A stretch of 64,000 nt of DNA from the human T2T-CHM13v2.0 reference genome, Homo sapiens. This document shows, in pieces, positions 34,839-50,832 of this stretch; positions within the stretch are counted from its first letter, which is position 1; each line of letters begins with the position of its first letter. Position numbers and translations under genes: made by a program. The DNA is taken from NCBI RefSeq assembly GCF_009914755.1, contig NC_060939.1, one strand, 5' to 3'. The notes below the pieces were generated by a model. That model was not told the DNA's origin. It did no database searches and saw nothing but the letters and a program-made list of their open reading frames with translations.

Positions 34839-34881
34839 TAGTGGATATCCACCTAAAGAATACTTGTTGTATTTCCTTTAG

Positions 34882-34948
34882 TGCCTGTGATTACAGAGGA
34901 AATACCTTTCAACTGGAAGATATCATTAAACACAGGAAAAGAGATCAG
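34882..34948 (+). pseudogene. MPHOSPH10P: MPHOSPH10-like exon 6 (1-nt deletion)
   Basis: tttag|TGCCTGTGATTACAGAGGAA ... GATCAG|gtcagt. Confidence 0.88.
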
Positions 34949-34968
34949 GTCAGTAAGAATTAAATTTA

Positions 34969-35343
<375 letters not shown>

Positions 35344-36789
35344 AGGGAAGATGGGGCAGCTTTGTGTAGTGCACTTCCCGAAAATGGGCTGATTTCCCTC
35401 AAGAGGCAGGGATTGAAGCTCTCTAGCCTACATGGGATACATACAGGAGAAAAAAGAAGAAAAAGAAAAGAAATGTAAACATAAATAAATGAAAATAACA
35501 CTTCTCCCTGATTATAAAGGAAATCACATTCTTTTTGTAATAATTTGGATGACAAAATATAAAGAAAAATCTTTAATTTTGCCACTCAAAACATTCTGGT
35601 TTGTTGCTTTTTACACTTTTTATGCATATAAACATATTTAAAAGTAGAATCTGCCATGTTGAGACTGTGAGGTTGAAGCCTTCGGGAAAGAACATCAAGA
35701 TGAATGGAGTCTGAGTTCCTGACAACATGGAGCATCATGCCAGCCATGAACCACTTCTGAGACATCCCTATGAGACAAAAATAAACTTCCATGTTCTTTA
35801 ATTTATCATTTTGGAGGGTTTTCTGTTATTGCCGCAAAACCTAATCTTAACTAATACAGACATTGTATCTGAAATTCCCAGGAAAATCCCTGTAAACGTG
35901 TTGCTTGCCACGAATAACTGGCCTCTACCAGTATCACATTCCAGATGAGCAGAACAGGGAAAGGATTGGAAGACAAGAGAGGGGAGGAACACACCTCGCT
36001 CTCTCCTGCTATTGGCTGTGCCTGGCTGCAAGCTAGAAATGCTGGGTCCATTGCAAATGGCCACACATCTAAGGCCCTACCACCATGGGAACAGCCACTG
36101 GGAGATAACTAGCAGCTTTTAACATTTGTCATTTAATTATTTTAAAGTTAGAAACTTTTTCTTTTTGAATGTCTGAAAGAGAATGGCCTGAGAAATATTT
36201 TGGAAAAGTTAAATAAAGCTGATTTGTGACTGTTAAAAAAAATAAAAGTACAATCATAGTAAATGGGCTTTTGTCACTTATTATATTTTAAACATGTTTC
36301 TAGGGCAGAAGTATATCCTGGCATCATCATTTTTAATAGCTGGATTATGTTAAGTGAATCATTGCCACCCCAGAGGTGAATTTCCTCTATATACATTTTA
36401 ATGGACTCCAGTAAGGATTTTTGCACTGAATTCATAGAAGTAGAATTTCTAGAGGAAAATAATGTAAAACTGTTTTAGGATTTTTAAAAGAAATGTTCAA
36501 ATTATCCTGTAGGAAAATTGGTTCAGTTTATGCTCCCACCAACAGGGACAGAGCTCCAGGTTCCCCCTTCCATTTGTCATCTTTGCTGGTCTTTAAGCAG
36601 AAAATCTCATTGTTTTCATTACATTTCTTTGATTTCTAGTGCTTTTGAATCTTTTTCGTTTGCTCATTGGCCATTTTTATTCTTGTGGGAAGTGCCGGTT
36701 TCTCCATTGCCCATTTTCTGCTGGAAATCATTCATTTTTTTAATGAGTAATTTTAAATTTTTCTTTTTAGGCTAAGGATAAGTCAGGAT

Positions 36790-37153
36790 CAGTCAGTTCA
36801 AGACTAGACTGATCAACATGGAGAAACCCCGTCTCTACTAAAAAGACAAAATTAGCTGGGTGTGGTGGCACATGCCTATAATCCCAGCTACTCAGGACTC
36901 TGAGGCAGGAGAATTGCTTGAATCCAGGAGGTGGAGGTTGTGGTGAGCCGAGATTGCACCATTGCACTCCAGCCAGGGCAACAAGAGCTGAACTCTGCAA
37001 GAAAGAAAAAGCAAGAAAGCAAGGGAAGCACGGGAAGCAAGGGAGAAAGGAAATAAAGGGAAGAAAGAAAGAAGGAAGGAAGGAAGGAAGGAAGGACAGA
37101 AAGAAAGAAAGAAAGAAAGAAGAAAGAAAGAAAGAGAAAACAAAGAAAAAACA
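36790..37153 (+). mobile_element. 5'-truncated AluSp-like element with compound (GAAA/GGAA)n tail at the left edge of the GOLGA6L block
   Basis: Alu starts mid-left-arm (gttcaagactagactgatcaacatggagaaaccccg); purine microsatellite at about 37000-37153. Confidence 0.85.
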
Positions 37154-38271
37154 AATGAGACCATGGGCTTGGAAATGCCTTGAGAACATGTCAGGTGTGA
37201 TTGAGAGTGAGGGAGTGTTACTGTGGAGTATCAGTGTAGCTGTTGTTCTGGTCGTCCAGCTACTCCTCTGCCTGCTCTATCCTGACTTAACCTTTCTCTA
37301 TTTGCAGTACATCGAGAAATTAACAAAGGAGAGGGACGCTCCGAGTCTGGAACTGTACAGGAACACGTAGGATGGGGGAAGGTGGAATGGGAGGTCTGGG
37401 GGCCCTTAGAGTGGGTGGTGTGCTGGGAGGTGGGGGGTACAGGTGAGCATGGTGAGAGGCTTCTACAGGTTTTCATGTGTGCACAGGGAAGCTCTAGTGC
37501 CGGCGGTGCCACTGACTCATGGGGAAGCCTCAGGCAACTCATGTCTTCTCTCTGGCCTGCCACCTGTGACTTTTAATTCCTGGGGTCCTTTCCAATGCCA
37601 CCGTTCTGTGGTTGTGGGGTGAAAGTAGAGGGTTGATCACCAAAGCGGTCCTTTCTATTCTTCGTTCATTCCTTTCTCTACTGCCTCTGGCCACAGCATA
37701 ACCGATGAGGAGTTGAAGGAGAAAAATGCCGAACTACAAGAAAAACTTCGACTTGTAGAATCTGAAAAGTCTGAGATCCAGCTCAACGTAAAGGACCTTA
37801 AAAGGAAGCTGGAAAGGGCCCAGCTCCTGCTGCCACAGGCGAGCAGCTGCAGCCCCGGGGGTTGTGGGAGCCCCATCCGGCTGGGGCCATGGTCTAGGGA
37901 TCATGTAGGGTGTGGGGAGGCTCCAGCCAAGAGCTGGAAAATTTGGGTCCTTGTTCTGGTCCCACCATAGAATCCTCTGGAGTGTGCTAAAAATATACAA
38001 ATTGGGGCCCTGCCTGGGGAATCAGAATCTCAGAGTTTGGGCTTAAAAAAATATTTTTCAAAGGATCATAGATGAAAACCATTATTTTATAGATTACATT
38101 TATATGGCTAGCTCATGAGTCTGTTTCCTTCTGAGGTTTGAACCAACACTTTCACTATTCCAGCAGCAGCTGCAGGTGGAGGCTGACCACCTGGGTAAGG
38201 AGCTACAGAGTGTGTCAGCAAAGCTCCAAGCCCAGGTGGAAGAGAACGAGTTGTGGAACCTCCTGAACCAG

Positions 38272-39060
38272 CAACAAGAGGAGAAGATGTGGAGGCAGGA
38301 GGAGAAGATACAGGAGCAGGAAGAGAAGATGTGTGAGCAGGAGCTGAAGATAAGGGAGCAGGAGGAGAAGATGTGGAGGCAGGAGGAGAAGATGCATGAG
38401 CAGGAAGAGAAGATACGGGAGCAGGAGGACAAGATGTGGAGGCAGGAGGAGAAGATACGGGAGCAGGAAGAGAAGATACGGGAGCAGGAGGAGAAGATGT
38501 GGAGGCAGGAGGAGAAGATACGGGAGCAGGATGAGAAGATACAGGAGCAGGAGGAGGAGATGTGGAGGCAGGAGGAGAAGATACGGGAGCAGGAGGAGAA
38601 GAGGCAGGAGAAGATGTGGAGGCAGGAGAAGAAGATGCGCGAGCAGGATGAGAAGATACAGGAGCAGGAGGAGGAGATGTGGAGGCAGGAGGAGAAGATA
38701 CGGGAGCTGGAGGAGATGATGCAAGATCAGGAGGAGAAGCTGCGGGAGGTGGAGGAGAAAATGCAGGAGGAGGAGGAAAAGATGCAGGAGCAGGAGGAGA
38801 AGATACAGAGGCAGGAGGAGAAGATCCAGGAGCAGGAGGAGAAGACGTGGAGGCAGGAGAAGCTGCTCAAGCAGGAAGAGAAGATATGGGAGCAGGAGGA
38901 GAAGATGTGGAGGCAGGAGGAGAAGATGTGGGAACAGGAGGAGAAGATGCAGGAACAGGAGGAGAAGATGCAGAGGCAGGAGGAGAAGATGCGGGAGCAG
39001 GAAGTGAGGCTGTGGCAGCAGGAGGAGAAGATGCAGGAACAGGAGGTGAGGCTGCAGGAG
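38272..39060 (+). repeat. Coding 21-bp VNTR (CAGGAGGAGAAGAT...) encoding QEEKMWR/QEEKIRE heptads
   Basis: Visible periodicity; strongly purine-rich + strand; ORF 38176..39252. Confidence 0.95.
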
Positions 39061-39428
39061 CTGGAGGAGAGGCTGGGGAAGCTGGGGCAGAAGGCGGAGC
39101 TCTTGGGGGGAGCAGGCAGAGGTGTGTGCAAACCCTGGAGATCATACAGAACGACCTCACCACAACTTAGCAGATGGTGGTTGGCTCCCTCTGCTTTTCC
39201 ACCAGTCTGCGGCCTACAGTTTAAATGGTGGGAAGAAGGGTGTGAGATTTGAGGCTGGGGAGGGAGGCATGGGCCTCTAGGCAAGGGAGGCAGTCACTTA
39301 GGCGTGGAGGAAGGGGCCAGGGCCAGGGGCCTGAGCAGGCGACAGAGCCCCGCAGTGCCCTTGCCACCCTGTTTATGGGCCCAGAATCTGGAAGCCAGCG
39401 ACTACCTACCCTGACGCCTATCCTGCAG

Positions 39429-39619
39429 GTGGAGCTGAAGAGCCAAGAGGCTCAGAGTCTGCAGCAGCAGCAAGACCACTACCGGGGTCACCTGCAGCAG
39501 TACGTGGCTGCCTATCAGCAGCTGGCCTCTGGGAAGGAGGCACTGCCCAGCTGCAGCAGCAGGAAGCTCAGGGCGAAGCGGTGGCTGAGATGGCCCACCA
39601 ATAGTTGCAGGAGACCCAG
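39429..39619 (+). pseudogene. Decayed ancestral GOLGA2/GOLGA6-type exon
   Basis: cag|GTGGAGCTGAAGAGCCAAGAGGCT encodes VELKSQEAQSLQQQQDHY.GHLQQYVAAYQQLAS; frameshifted; donor reads ctgagg instead of gtgagg. Confidence 0.8.
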
Positions 39620-39753
39620 CTGAGGGAGTTGATGAGGGTGGGGCCCTGAGGGGGACGACCTGGCAAACTCGGTGCCTTCTCACTCTCTTTCCTGGCCCCT
39701 TAGGAGCACCTGGAAGCTGCCATCTACCAAGCAGATGACAAGAACACAAATAT

Positions 39754-39759
39754 AATAAA
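39754..39759 (+). terminator. Candidate polyadenylation signal AATAAA in the GOLGA6L terminal exon
   Basis: tataataaac inside the last exon; use not demonstrated. Confidence 0.5.
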
Positions 39760-39887
39760 CATGTAAAAGCCGGCAGCAAGGCCTGGAGAAGAGTAAGCTG
39801 CCATGTGACTGTTTAGAATAGAGTCTGAGCACAAACCTGAAAAAAAAAAAAAGAAAATTTATTTATTTTAAATTTTGGCAAAATACT

Positions 39888-41086
<1,199 letters not shown>

Positions 41087-42688
41087 CATCTGTCTTTTAA
41101 GAAATGTATTTAATTTGAGGTATAATTTATATTCAGTGAAATGCACAGATCTGGTTTCCATTTTGATCAGTTTCAACAAATGCATTACCCATGTAACCCA
41201 CCTCCTTTGAAGATATAGAGTATTTCTATCATCCAGAAAGTTCTCCTACGCTTTCATCCTGTCTGGCACTCCCCCAGCAGCTGAAGAACGTGCTGAGGAC
41301 ATTGGTACAGGATTCTGGCCTCCCCAGAAGAGCTGCTTTGACAAGCCTTCTTGCCTTACCCAGCACTAAATCCCTGCCTACTCTCTCAAAATTTCCATCT
41401 TTTAACTGGTTGTACGTATAACCCTCCCTCATCAAGTCAATAGATAAACAAACCCTGAAAAATAAACACCCCTTCCTGGCCCAGCAGCCCACAGCCTAAT
41501 ATTTACTGTCTTCCCGGGCTTTCAGAAATGCAACTCGCCTGCCGGTTCAGCCTAACTAGGGCGGCAGCTGCACGGGAGCTGCTGGGCTCACCCGTTAAGC
41601 AAGAAGCCAATAGCTGGACAGTGACACTCAGACCCCAGCCTGGGTGAGCCTGGTTGAAAGCCCCCTTCTTTCCCGTCCGACTGTGGAGAAAGGGGGCGGA
41701 GCACACACAACTCTACTGCCCTCCGCATCCTTCACCTGTGCTTCCTCCTGGGAGAGGGAGCTACTCATTAATTCGGCCAAAACCTTCTTGAGGGCTGTAG
41801 GTTTCACAGGCTGGGTGTGTGGGGGCCACCATGCTAGAGAGAGAGGCTGGTGTGTCAGAAGGCAGCCACCTGGCCAGGGGAGGGTCAACCTGCTTGGTGA
41901 CCTCCTTCCCCCGGCTGGACACAGCGCCCTGCACTCTCTACATGTGACTGTTCCCCTCAGAGCTGCTTCCAGAGGAGAGGTTCTAACCCTGTGGGTGGGG
42001 ACATTGTGTTACTTTACAGTGGGCCATGGCTCCCTCTGACATCTCCAACTCAGAGGCAGTAGAGAGAAGATGAGAAACTCCATGCACCTCCTCGCTCAGC
42101 ACCCCCACCTCTGCACACGTCCACATATGGAGACCCTGACGATGGGCCCTGGGAGTGCCGCCATCTGCGCCTCCTTTCCATGCCTGCAGCAGCCATGCCC
42201 ACTCTCCAGACCCTCACCCGCCTCGCTCAGTAGACGCTGCACTGCCTGTGGTCCTGCCCCTACACCTGGGCCTCTGTACCCATCGGTTCTCGCAGTCTGG
42301 TTCTTATTCCTCGCAAAGAGTAGGGAGCCTGTAAGGTCACCTGTTGAGCAAGCTGGGGGAGAGAGTAGGGTGGGGCTGGGAGGATGAGGAGGAGAAGCTG
42401 ATGGTCGTGCTGGAGACTCAGCTGAGCAGAGTCTCTGCAGGCCCATTGGCTGCCTAGCCAGTGGTGATCCTGCTCCCACCCTCATTTCTTCTTTGTTAAC
42501 AAAACCATGACCTCATTAAATATTGGACACCTATAAACCTCATGGACCCTCCTCCAGCCTCCCCGCCATGTATTGGTGAGTCTAAGTCAACTCTAGTCAT
42601 TTCATTCCTCTGGACATTGATTGCTTTGGGCTTGGGCATGAGCTGCCTCTTCGCCTGAGCCTGAGCCACAGGTGCCCTCTGCACCTAC

Positions 42689-42837
42689 CACACTGATGCA
42701 CTGGGCCAGGGAGAGCTCCATCTCGATGGAGATGAGCTGTGAGGAGCTGGCGGCTGGGCGGATCAGGTTGTGGTAACGGGTTTTGTTCAGAAGGTCGTCC
42801 ATCAGCTTCTGCTCGGCATGGGCCATGCGGCAGAACC
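42689..42837 (-). pseudogene. CHRNB4: Isolated CHRNB4-like exon 2 (nicotinic receptor beta-4 N-terminus) in a duplicated GC-rich block
   Basis: 149-bp exon cag|GGTTCTGC ... AGTGTG|gtaggt encoding CRMAHAEQKLMDDLLNKTRYHNLIRPAASSSQLISIEMELSLAQCISV, versus recalled CHRNB4 CRVANAEEKLMDDLLNKTRYNNLIRPATSSSQLISIKLQLSLAQLISV. A paralogous fragment, not the functional gene. Confidence 0.92.
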
Positions 42838-45804
42838 CTGCGTAAACACACAGACCTGCTTGGTCCTTGTGCAGCTGTCCCCCACTGCAGCTGACAGCTA
42901 TGAAGCAGGAGCTGAGAGGGCCAGGGAGCACAGACACCCTGAGAGCTGGCTGAAGCAGTGAAGGGGCTGGCCGGCCTGGCTCTCCCTGGGGACTTCAAAT
43001 GACATTCATGACAGAGCTCAGCTACCTCCTCCCATGCCATACCTCTTCCTCCTCCTCCTCCCTCAATCAATGAACAGCATCCCACGCTCTACACATCTGA
43101 TACAAAACTGGGTGTCTCTTCCTGACCCCTCCCTTGGTTCACCCAAGTGGCCACCAAGTCCTGTCTGTCCTCCCATCTCCACGGCTACAGCCATGTCCCT
43201 GCCTCCCCCGCCCTGCCCACCTTCTGTTCTCTCCACCTGCACCCTGCCCCTGCCATCCATGTGCCATACAGTGGCAGACTGGTCTTTCTACAGCAAACTG
43301 GACTTGGGCCCTTCCCTACCCACAGCTCTCAGAGCTGGAGGTGGAGTTGAAACTCATGTTTTGGCTTGGCATTCAGAGCTCTTTCCCCCTCAGCACTGGC
43401 TTATCCAGAGTGCTCACAGTGCAGGGCAGGAGCCCCATCACTCAAGTGTGGGTTTGGTGCAGAACTGGGTCAGAGGTGGTGCTTTCCCTATGAAGAGACA
43501 GGGCTGAGATGGGATATTCGGGGTTCAGAGTCAGATCTACGGAGTGCAAGGTTTCTCTGAGGCACCAAATGGAGGGGTCCAGCTAGCAGCTGGCTCCTGG
43601 TCTGGAGCTTCAAGGAGAGGTCTCAGCTCAGAGCCACATTCAATAGCCAGCTTACATGCAGCCTCCTGCAGGGAGCCCCTGGAGCTTCCACAGCCTCCGA
43701 TCTGCCCCTCTGCATACCCCAGATCTCCTGCTAAGTGGCGTTTGGGTCTTCATGTCATCTCCCTCCCATGTCTGGGAGTAAAGGTGAGGTGCAGGGACTT
43801 GTGCTTGTGTACTCTGGTGTCTTAAGGGAGAGTGTGTCAAGTAGAGTGGAGGCAGCTTGGAAAGAGGGAGACTCAGAGGAGAGTGAAGGACACATGACCA
43901 GGCGAGCCTGGGAGCAGGAAAAGAGTGAGCAGAGGAAACTGCTGGGTCAGGAGAGCGGATGGGAGGATCAGGGAATGCGGGGGGCTGGAGAGGTGGGTGT
44001 GGGGATGCTGGCAAGGGGCTGCCTGGCTCGCCAGGCTCAGGAGTTTTTACATCCTCCCACAATGGCCAGCTCACCTGGTTGCTCCAAAGCCCTCCCTCTG
44101 TGGGTGGGACCAGAGGGCCCAGAGCACGGATGACCCAGTTGAGCAGGACTGAGGTGGACTCAGGTGGGTGCTGGGCTGGACTCCTGGCCGTAGGGAGCAG
44201 CTGCCACCCTGCCTACTGCATCCACATTCCAACTCGCTGCCTATCTGAGCAGATGCAATATTGGGCACCTTGTGGAACATGCTCCTGGTGCACCTGCTGC
44301 CTCCTGCCCTTCCTGCAGAGTGCCCGGGCTCTCCAGAGGGGATTCCTGTGGAGGCTTGGCCTAGATTCTGAGTCCTGCCTCTCATACCCGGGGCTGCTAC
44401 CCAAGAGGCCAGCTGCTTGAGTACCCTGGAAGCCAGTCTGTAGCCCCAGGCTACAGCTGGGTGCATCCCACAGCCCTTCTTTAGTTTACCTATTTGGACT
44501 GAGTGCTCATTTCATAGAGAGGGGTGTGTCTTTCCCCAGCCCATCTGGCATGTCTAAGGCAGCTGTGGGGTCAGAATCTGCAGCTCCCAGCCCCTAGCCC
44601 TGCAATAGTAGGAGAGGCTGGACCCCACATCTCTGAAGTCCCACTGGGCTGGTGCAAGTGGGCTCCCAAGTTCAGAGCTGCTGTGCAGGCTGTGGGGCTC
44701 ATGCACCTGTTCTGAACCCACCTGATGTGCTCAGGTTACTCACCTTTGGGCCTGTCCTGCCTCTCTGGCATTCGGCTGACCCTGAGGGCCTCTCCCTCAT
44801 CTTGACCACCAGCTATGGGCTCTGACTTAGGGGTTCCCAGAACCTTAGACCATTTGGCCGACCCCCCATTTCTCAGCTGAGGAAACAGGCCAAAAAGGGG
44901 AAGCAGCTTTCTCAAGGACCCCCAGCAAGTCAGAGGCAGAACCAGGTCTAGGAACCTCTTTTTGACAGAGGTTCTCCCTGTCCCCTGAGCCTTCTTTAGT
45001 GCCTCATTAACTTCCCTGTAAGGAGACTGCCCCGCTGAGGCTGGAAATGGTGCTGTCCAGGGTGGTGTGTGCCCGTGACTGTGCTTGTGTTTGTACTTGT
45101 GAGTGTGTATGGGGGTGGGGATGAGGGGTGGGAATAAACGGCAGGGATGCTGGGGGCTGGAATACACTCTGCCTCACCCCAAAAAGGGGCGCAGCAGAGC
45201 CCAGCCAAGCACAGCACATGCTTCGACTTTCCAGTCCGCTGAATGAGTGTGAGGCCGGCTGGGCCCAGAAGACAAGGGACAGGCCTTTCCCCACAGATGG
45301 CAGGGGGGCCCAGGATGGGTGGAAGATTTTGCCACAGCTTTGGGGATCCCATCCCAGCCCATGGGCTGACTGTTAAGCAGAAAAGCCACCTCTAGGGGTC
45401 AGTCATGATCTAGTGATTCTGATGAGGAGGGGGCCCCACCAGCCTCTGTCCAGGGTCTTGTCTGGGAAAAACTGCTCCCTGGCAGAAACGGGCTAATAAT
45501 TTGAGAGGAAGCCATAGCTGAAATCCTAAACTGTGTGAGTGTGTGTCCAGTTTGAAAAAGCATATTTGACCTAAACATTTATATTGAAAAAATGGAAAGA
45601 TATTCCCCTTGTTTTGGAATACAAACTACAGAAAGTAACAGTTAACAGAATCCTATTGGAAAGGTCAGATTCTGCATCTGGAAAGGCACAGTGATTTTCA
45701 ACTGGGGTGTGTGTCCTTAACTGAGGAAGGGAAGGTGAGATTTATGTTTAGTAAAAGGCAGCTATGAATTTACCTTTTATAAAGAGCTTGCCATATACTA
45801 TTAG

Positions 45805-45962
45805 TGCTTTTTCAATCATGTCAGAATCTGCCGGATGCCTGTGGAAATGCAAATTCCCAGGCTTCATTCCCAGAGATTCTGGTCCTGTGAGCCTAGGGTG
45901 GGGCCCAGCAAACTCTATGGGGTGGTGCAGGCTGCCCCAGGACCACACCAAGAAACACTGCA
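45805..45962. mobile_element. MER5-like DNA transposon
   Basis: ggaaatgcaaattcccaggc...cagagattctg...gggtggggccca. Confidence 0.6.
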
Positions 45963-47648
45963 ACTGGCCCCCACACACATCCCAGTCCCCAAATATGTAG
46001 GCAGGCATCTTATCTCCACGGAACAGATAGGGAAACTGAGGTCAGAGTGGGGAAAGAAATGTCATGGGGTCACCCAGGAAGTAGTAGCATAGCCACGATA
46101 CACCCACTGCCTGCAGTCACCATCTCTGATGGCAGCTCCACCTCCCTACAGGAACCTTGCCTACCCCCACCCCTACCTCCTGTTGCCCCTATGCTGGGTC
46201 TCTGTCCAAGGAAGATGTAGCCCTGGTCCTCTAGGCTGACTGGGGCTTGGCCCAGAGTGTGGGAGTTAGAAGGGTCCTTGGAATTCAGGTGGGGAAACTG
46301 AGGCCCAAAGAAGGCAGCCCTCACATTTGAACTCTGTCTGGAGAAGGGCTAGGTCTTCTTCCTGAGTGGTAGTTTTGACTTCACCAGCCTGGCCCTCAGT
46401 CAAGCTGGCTGTCCAGGCCCGCCACACCTCGGGGTGGGTGACCAGAGGCGGTGGTGCCATAAAACACGTTTCCTGGGAGATCCACGCCCATAGCTCAAAA
46501 CATTCCAGGTCTGGTGATTTGGGCAAGCCCCCTTCTCTCTCAGCCTTGTTTCCCCGTCTCTACAATAGCTGTGTTGCAGGAGACGTCTGTCTCGGACTGA
46601 GCTGCAGATTTTCTCCTGGCTGCCTTCACCGTCCAGGATGCTGGCTCCTCTGTGTCCACTCTTCAAGACAGTCACCTCTTAGGTGAGGAAGGAGCCTCGG
46701 CCCTATCGGGAGTGGGAGCCGGTGCACCCCCAGCCTCCCAGGCCGCTGGGGATGACTTAGGCTGCCTGCAAAGCCAGTGCCATTCGGCGCCGCTTCCCAG
46801 GCTGCAGACGACCTCCAGGGAAGGAGGCCCTGGCCCTCACAGCAGCTCTGAGAAGAGGTGGCCCCCACTCCAAACCTCGCCGAGCCACCCACACATTCCC
46901 TCAGCCCAAAGAGGCTTTTAGGAAAATGAATCATCTCAAGTTCATACCCATGGGGTTGCTGAAAGAAAGGACAGTGCAGGGTGAGCTGGCATGAGGGAGT
47001 GCTGCTCTCTGCAGACTTTGCTGGGATGGCTCTTAGGAAAAGGGCCTGGAATCTGGGATGGTGACTAGCTCAGGGTTAAAGGGAGGGGATGGAGCTGGAG
47101 TGAGCTGGCCTCATCGTCCCCCTTGGGCCTTCCAGCCTGGGCTCAGGTGATTCAAGGGAGCAAGCACCTCCTTCTCCTGGCCAGGGAGTTCTCGCCACGT
47201 TCTGGAATCAGTACCATTCCCTTGGGGGCTGGGGGACAGCAACCACCTCCGGACCTGGCTGGAACTGCTGCAATTCTGGATCCAAATGGCCCCTGGCAGC
47301 TTCTCCATCTCCCTCTCAGTCCAGCCCCCACCCCTCCCCCATGAGGGCCCCAACAGCAAATCTGACAACTGGAGGAACAAGGCAGGAAGGGCAGAATCTG
47401 AGGGAGTGACCACCTTCAAAAGGCAGCTCTGTCACCTTCTCTCCAGGACTCTGAGGCTTGCTTTCATATTGCTTCCTCGACATCCTTTTGCTATAATCTG
47501 GCATGTTGACATATGGTCTTTAAAAACAAGAACACTGATGACGTGGAGCAGACTTCCCCTTTGGGATGGTGTGGAGAAGTTAGGGTTGAGGGCATCCTCT
47601 CTTCTGCAAACTGCAGCAGTAATAGGTGAGATATATAAAGTAAATAAA

Positions 47649-49980
<2,332 letters not shown>

Positions 49981-50832
49981 TTCAAGTTTTCTCTTTACAC
50001 AATATGGATGTACTTCATAATGGACTTTCTCATCACGATTCATGAGTGAAGTGACATTCAAACTTGGTAGCTTTTCAGTAGAACTTCCTTTCCCAACATT
50101 TTTTTCTGTTCCTTTAATGATGGCAATATCTGAGAGCTCTGAACATAAGTCAAAGGTTTGATTATTTTTCATGTGGCTGGAAATTTTTGCCCTCTGTCAA
50201 ACTTGGAAATTTTTTCCTCTGCCTGGAACTTTTTGCCCCGCATCTTCCGATCGCCCCGTGTCCTCTTGTTATGCCACTACCCTTTTTTGAGTGTGTCTAT
50301 TTTCTGGCACTACAATACACTCTGGCACTACAAGGCTCATCTTGTGTTTTCTCTACCCTGACCCAGAATCAGCCATTACTTCAAGGAGCCCTGGTTCTGA
50401 TATTGGAGAATGCTGTTAGAAACCAGGATGTGGTACTAGGCATGCCGATTTCTATTGGAGTGTCATATAAAAAATTTGTAAATTTTTTTGTAGGTCCTCC
50501 CAGTGGATAGGATTAGGAAATAAAACATGCATACTAACCACACATATACACACATCTACATCTGTTTCTGTATCTGTCTGTATACATATTAAAATAAACA
50601 TGAGTTGATAACGAATGTTTCCGCTTTAATCCAAGCACAGATTTCATCCTAGCCTCCCCCTCTTCCTTCTTTTTAGCCTTTTCAACAGTGGGAAGTGTGG
50701 CTCTTGTTATGTACACTTTATTCACTTATTTGTTTGACCCTAGTATCATAAAGTAGTTCCATATGCCTGTGACAGATTGATTAACTGGAGTCCATTGTTT
50801 GTGGAGAAATATTTTTGTCCTAAGCCTTACAG

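Larger units (their letters stand above)
37308..39766 (+). pseudogene. GOLGA6L: 5'-truncated golgin A6-like (GOLGA6L) gene fragment; remaining exons form an open frame
   Basis: Exons 37308-37366 (YIEKLTKERDAPSLELYRNT), 37697-37838 (ITDEELKEKNAELQEKL...LLLPQ; GC donor), 38164-39045 (QQLQVEADHLGKELQSVSAKLQAQVEENELW plus QEEK heptads) and 39704-39766 (EHLEAAIYQ...M*). Promoter and first exons are absent. Confidence 0.92.

Noticed and set aside
36918-37370. 150-aa ORF running from an Alu through the GAAA tract into the first GOLGA6L exon, with a hydrophobic stretch
   Set aside because: Non-ATG start inside an Alu; built from Alu, microsatellite and intron; stops right after the exon if unspliced; no independent support.
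38100-39284. Long - strand ORFs (poly-Leu, Ser/Cys-rich, Pro/Ala/Ser-rich) over the GOLGA6L repeat
   Set aside because: Antisense shadows of a low-complexity repeat that lacks stop codons by composition.
42445-42490. Faint resemblance to CHRNB4 exon 3 on the - strand
   Set aside because: Poor match, no usable splice sites, and closer to exon 2 than expected.
41500-47500. Dense overlapping ORFs in the GC-rich block
   Set aside because: Expected from high GC content; only the CHRNB4-like exon has recognisable homology.
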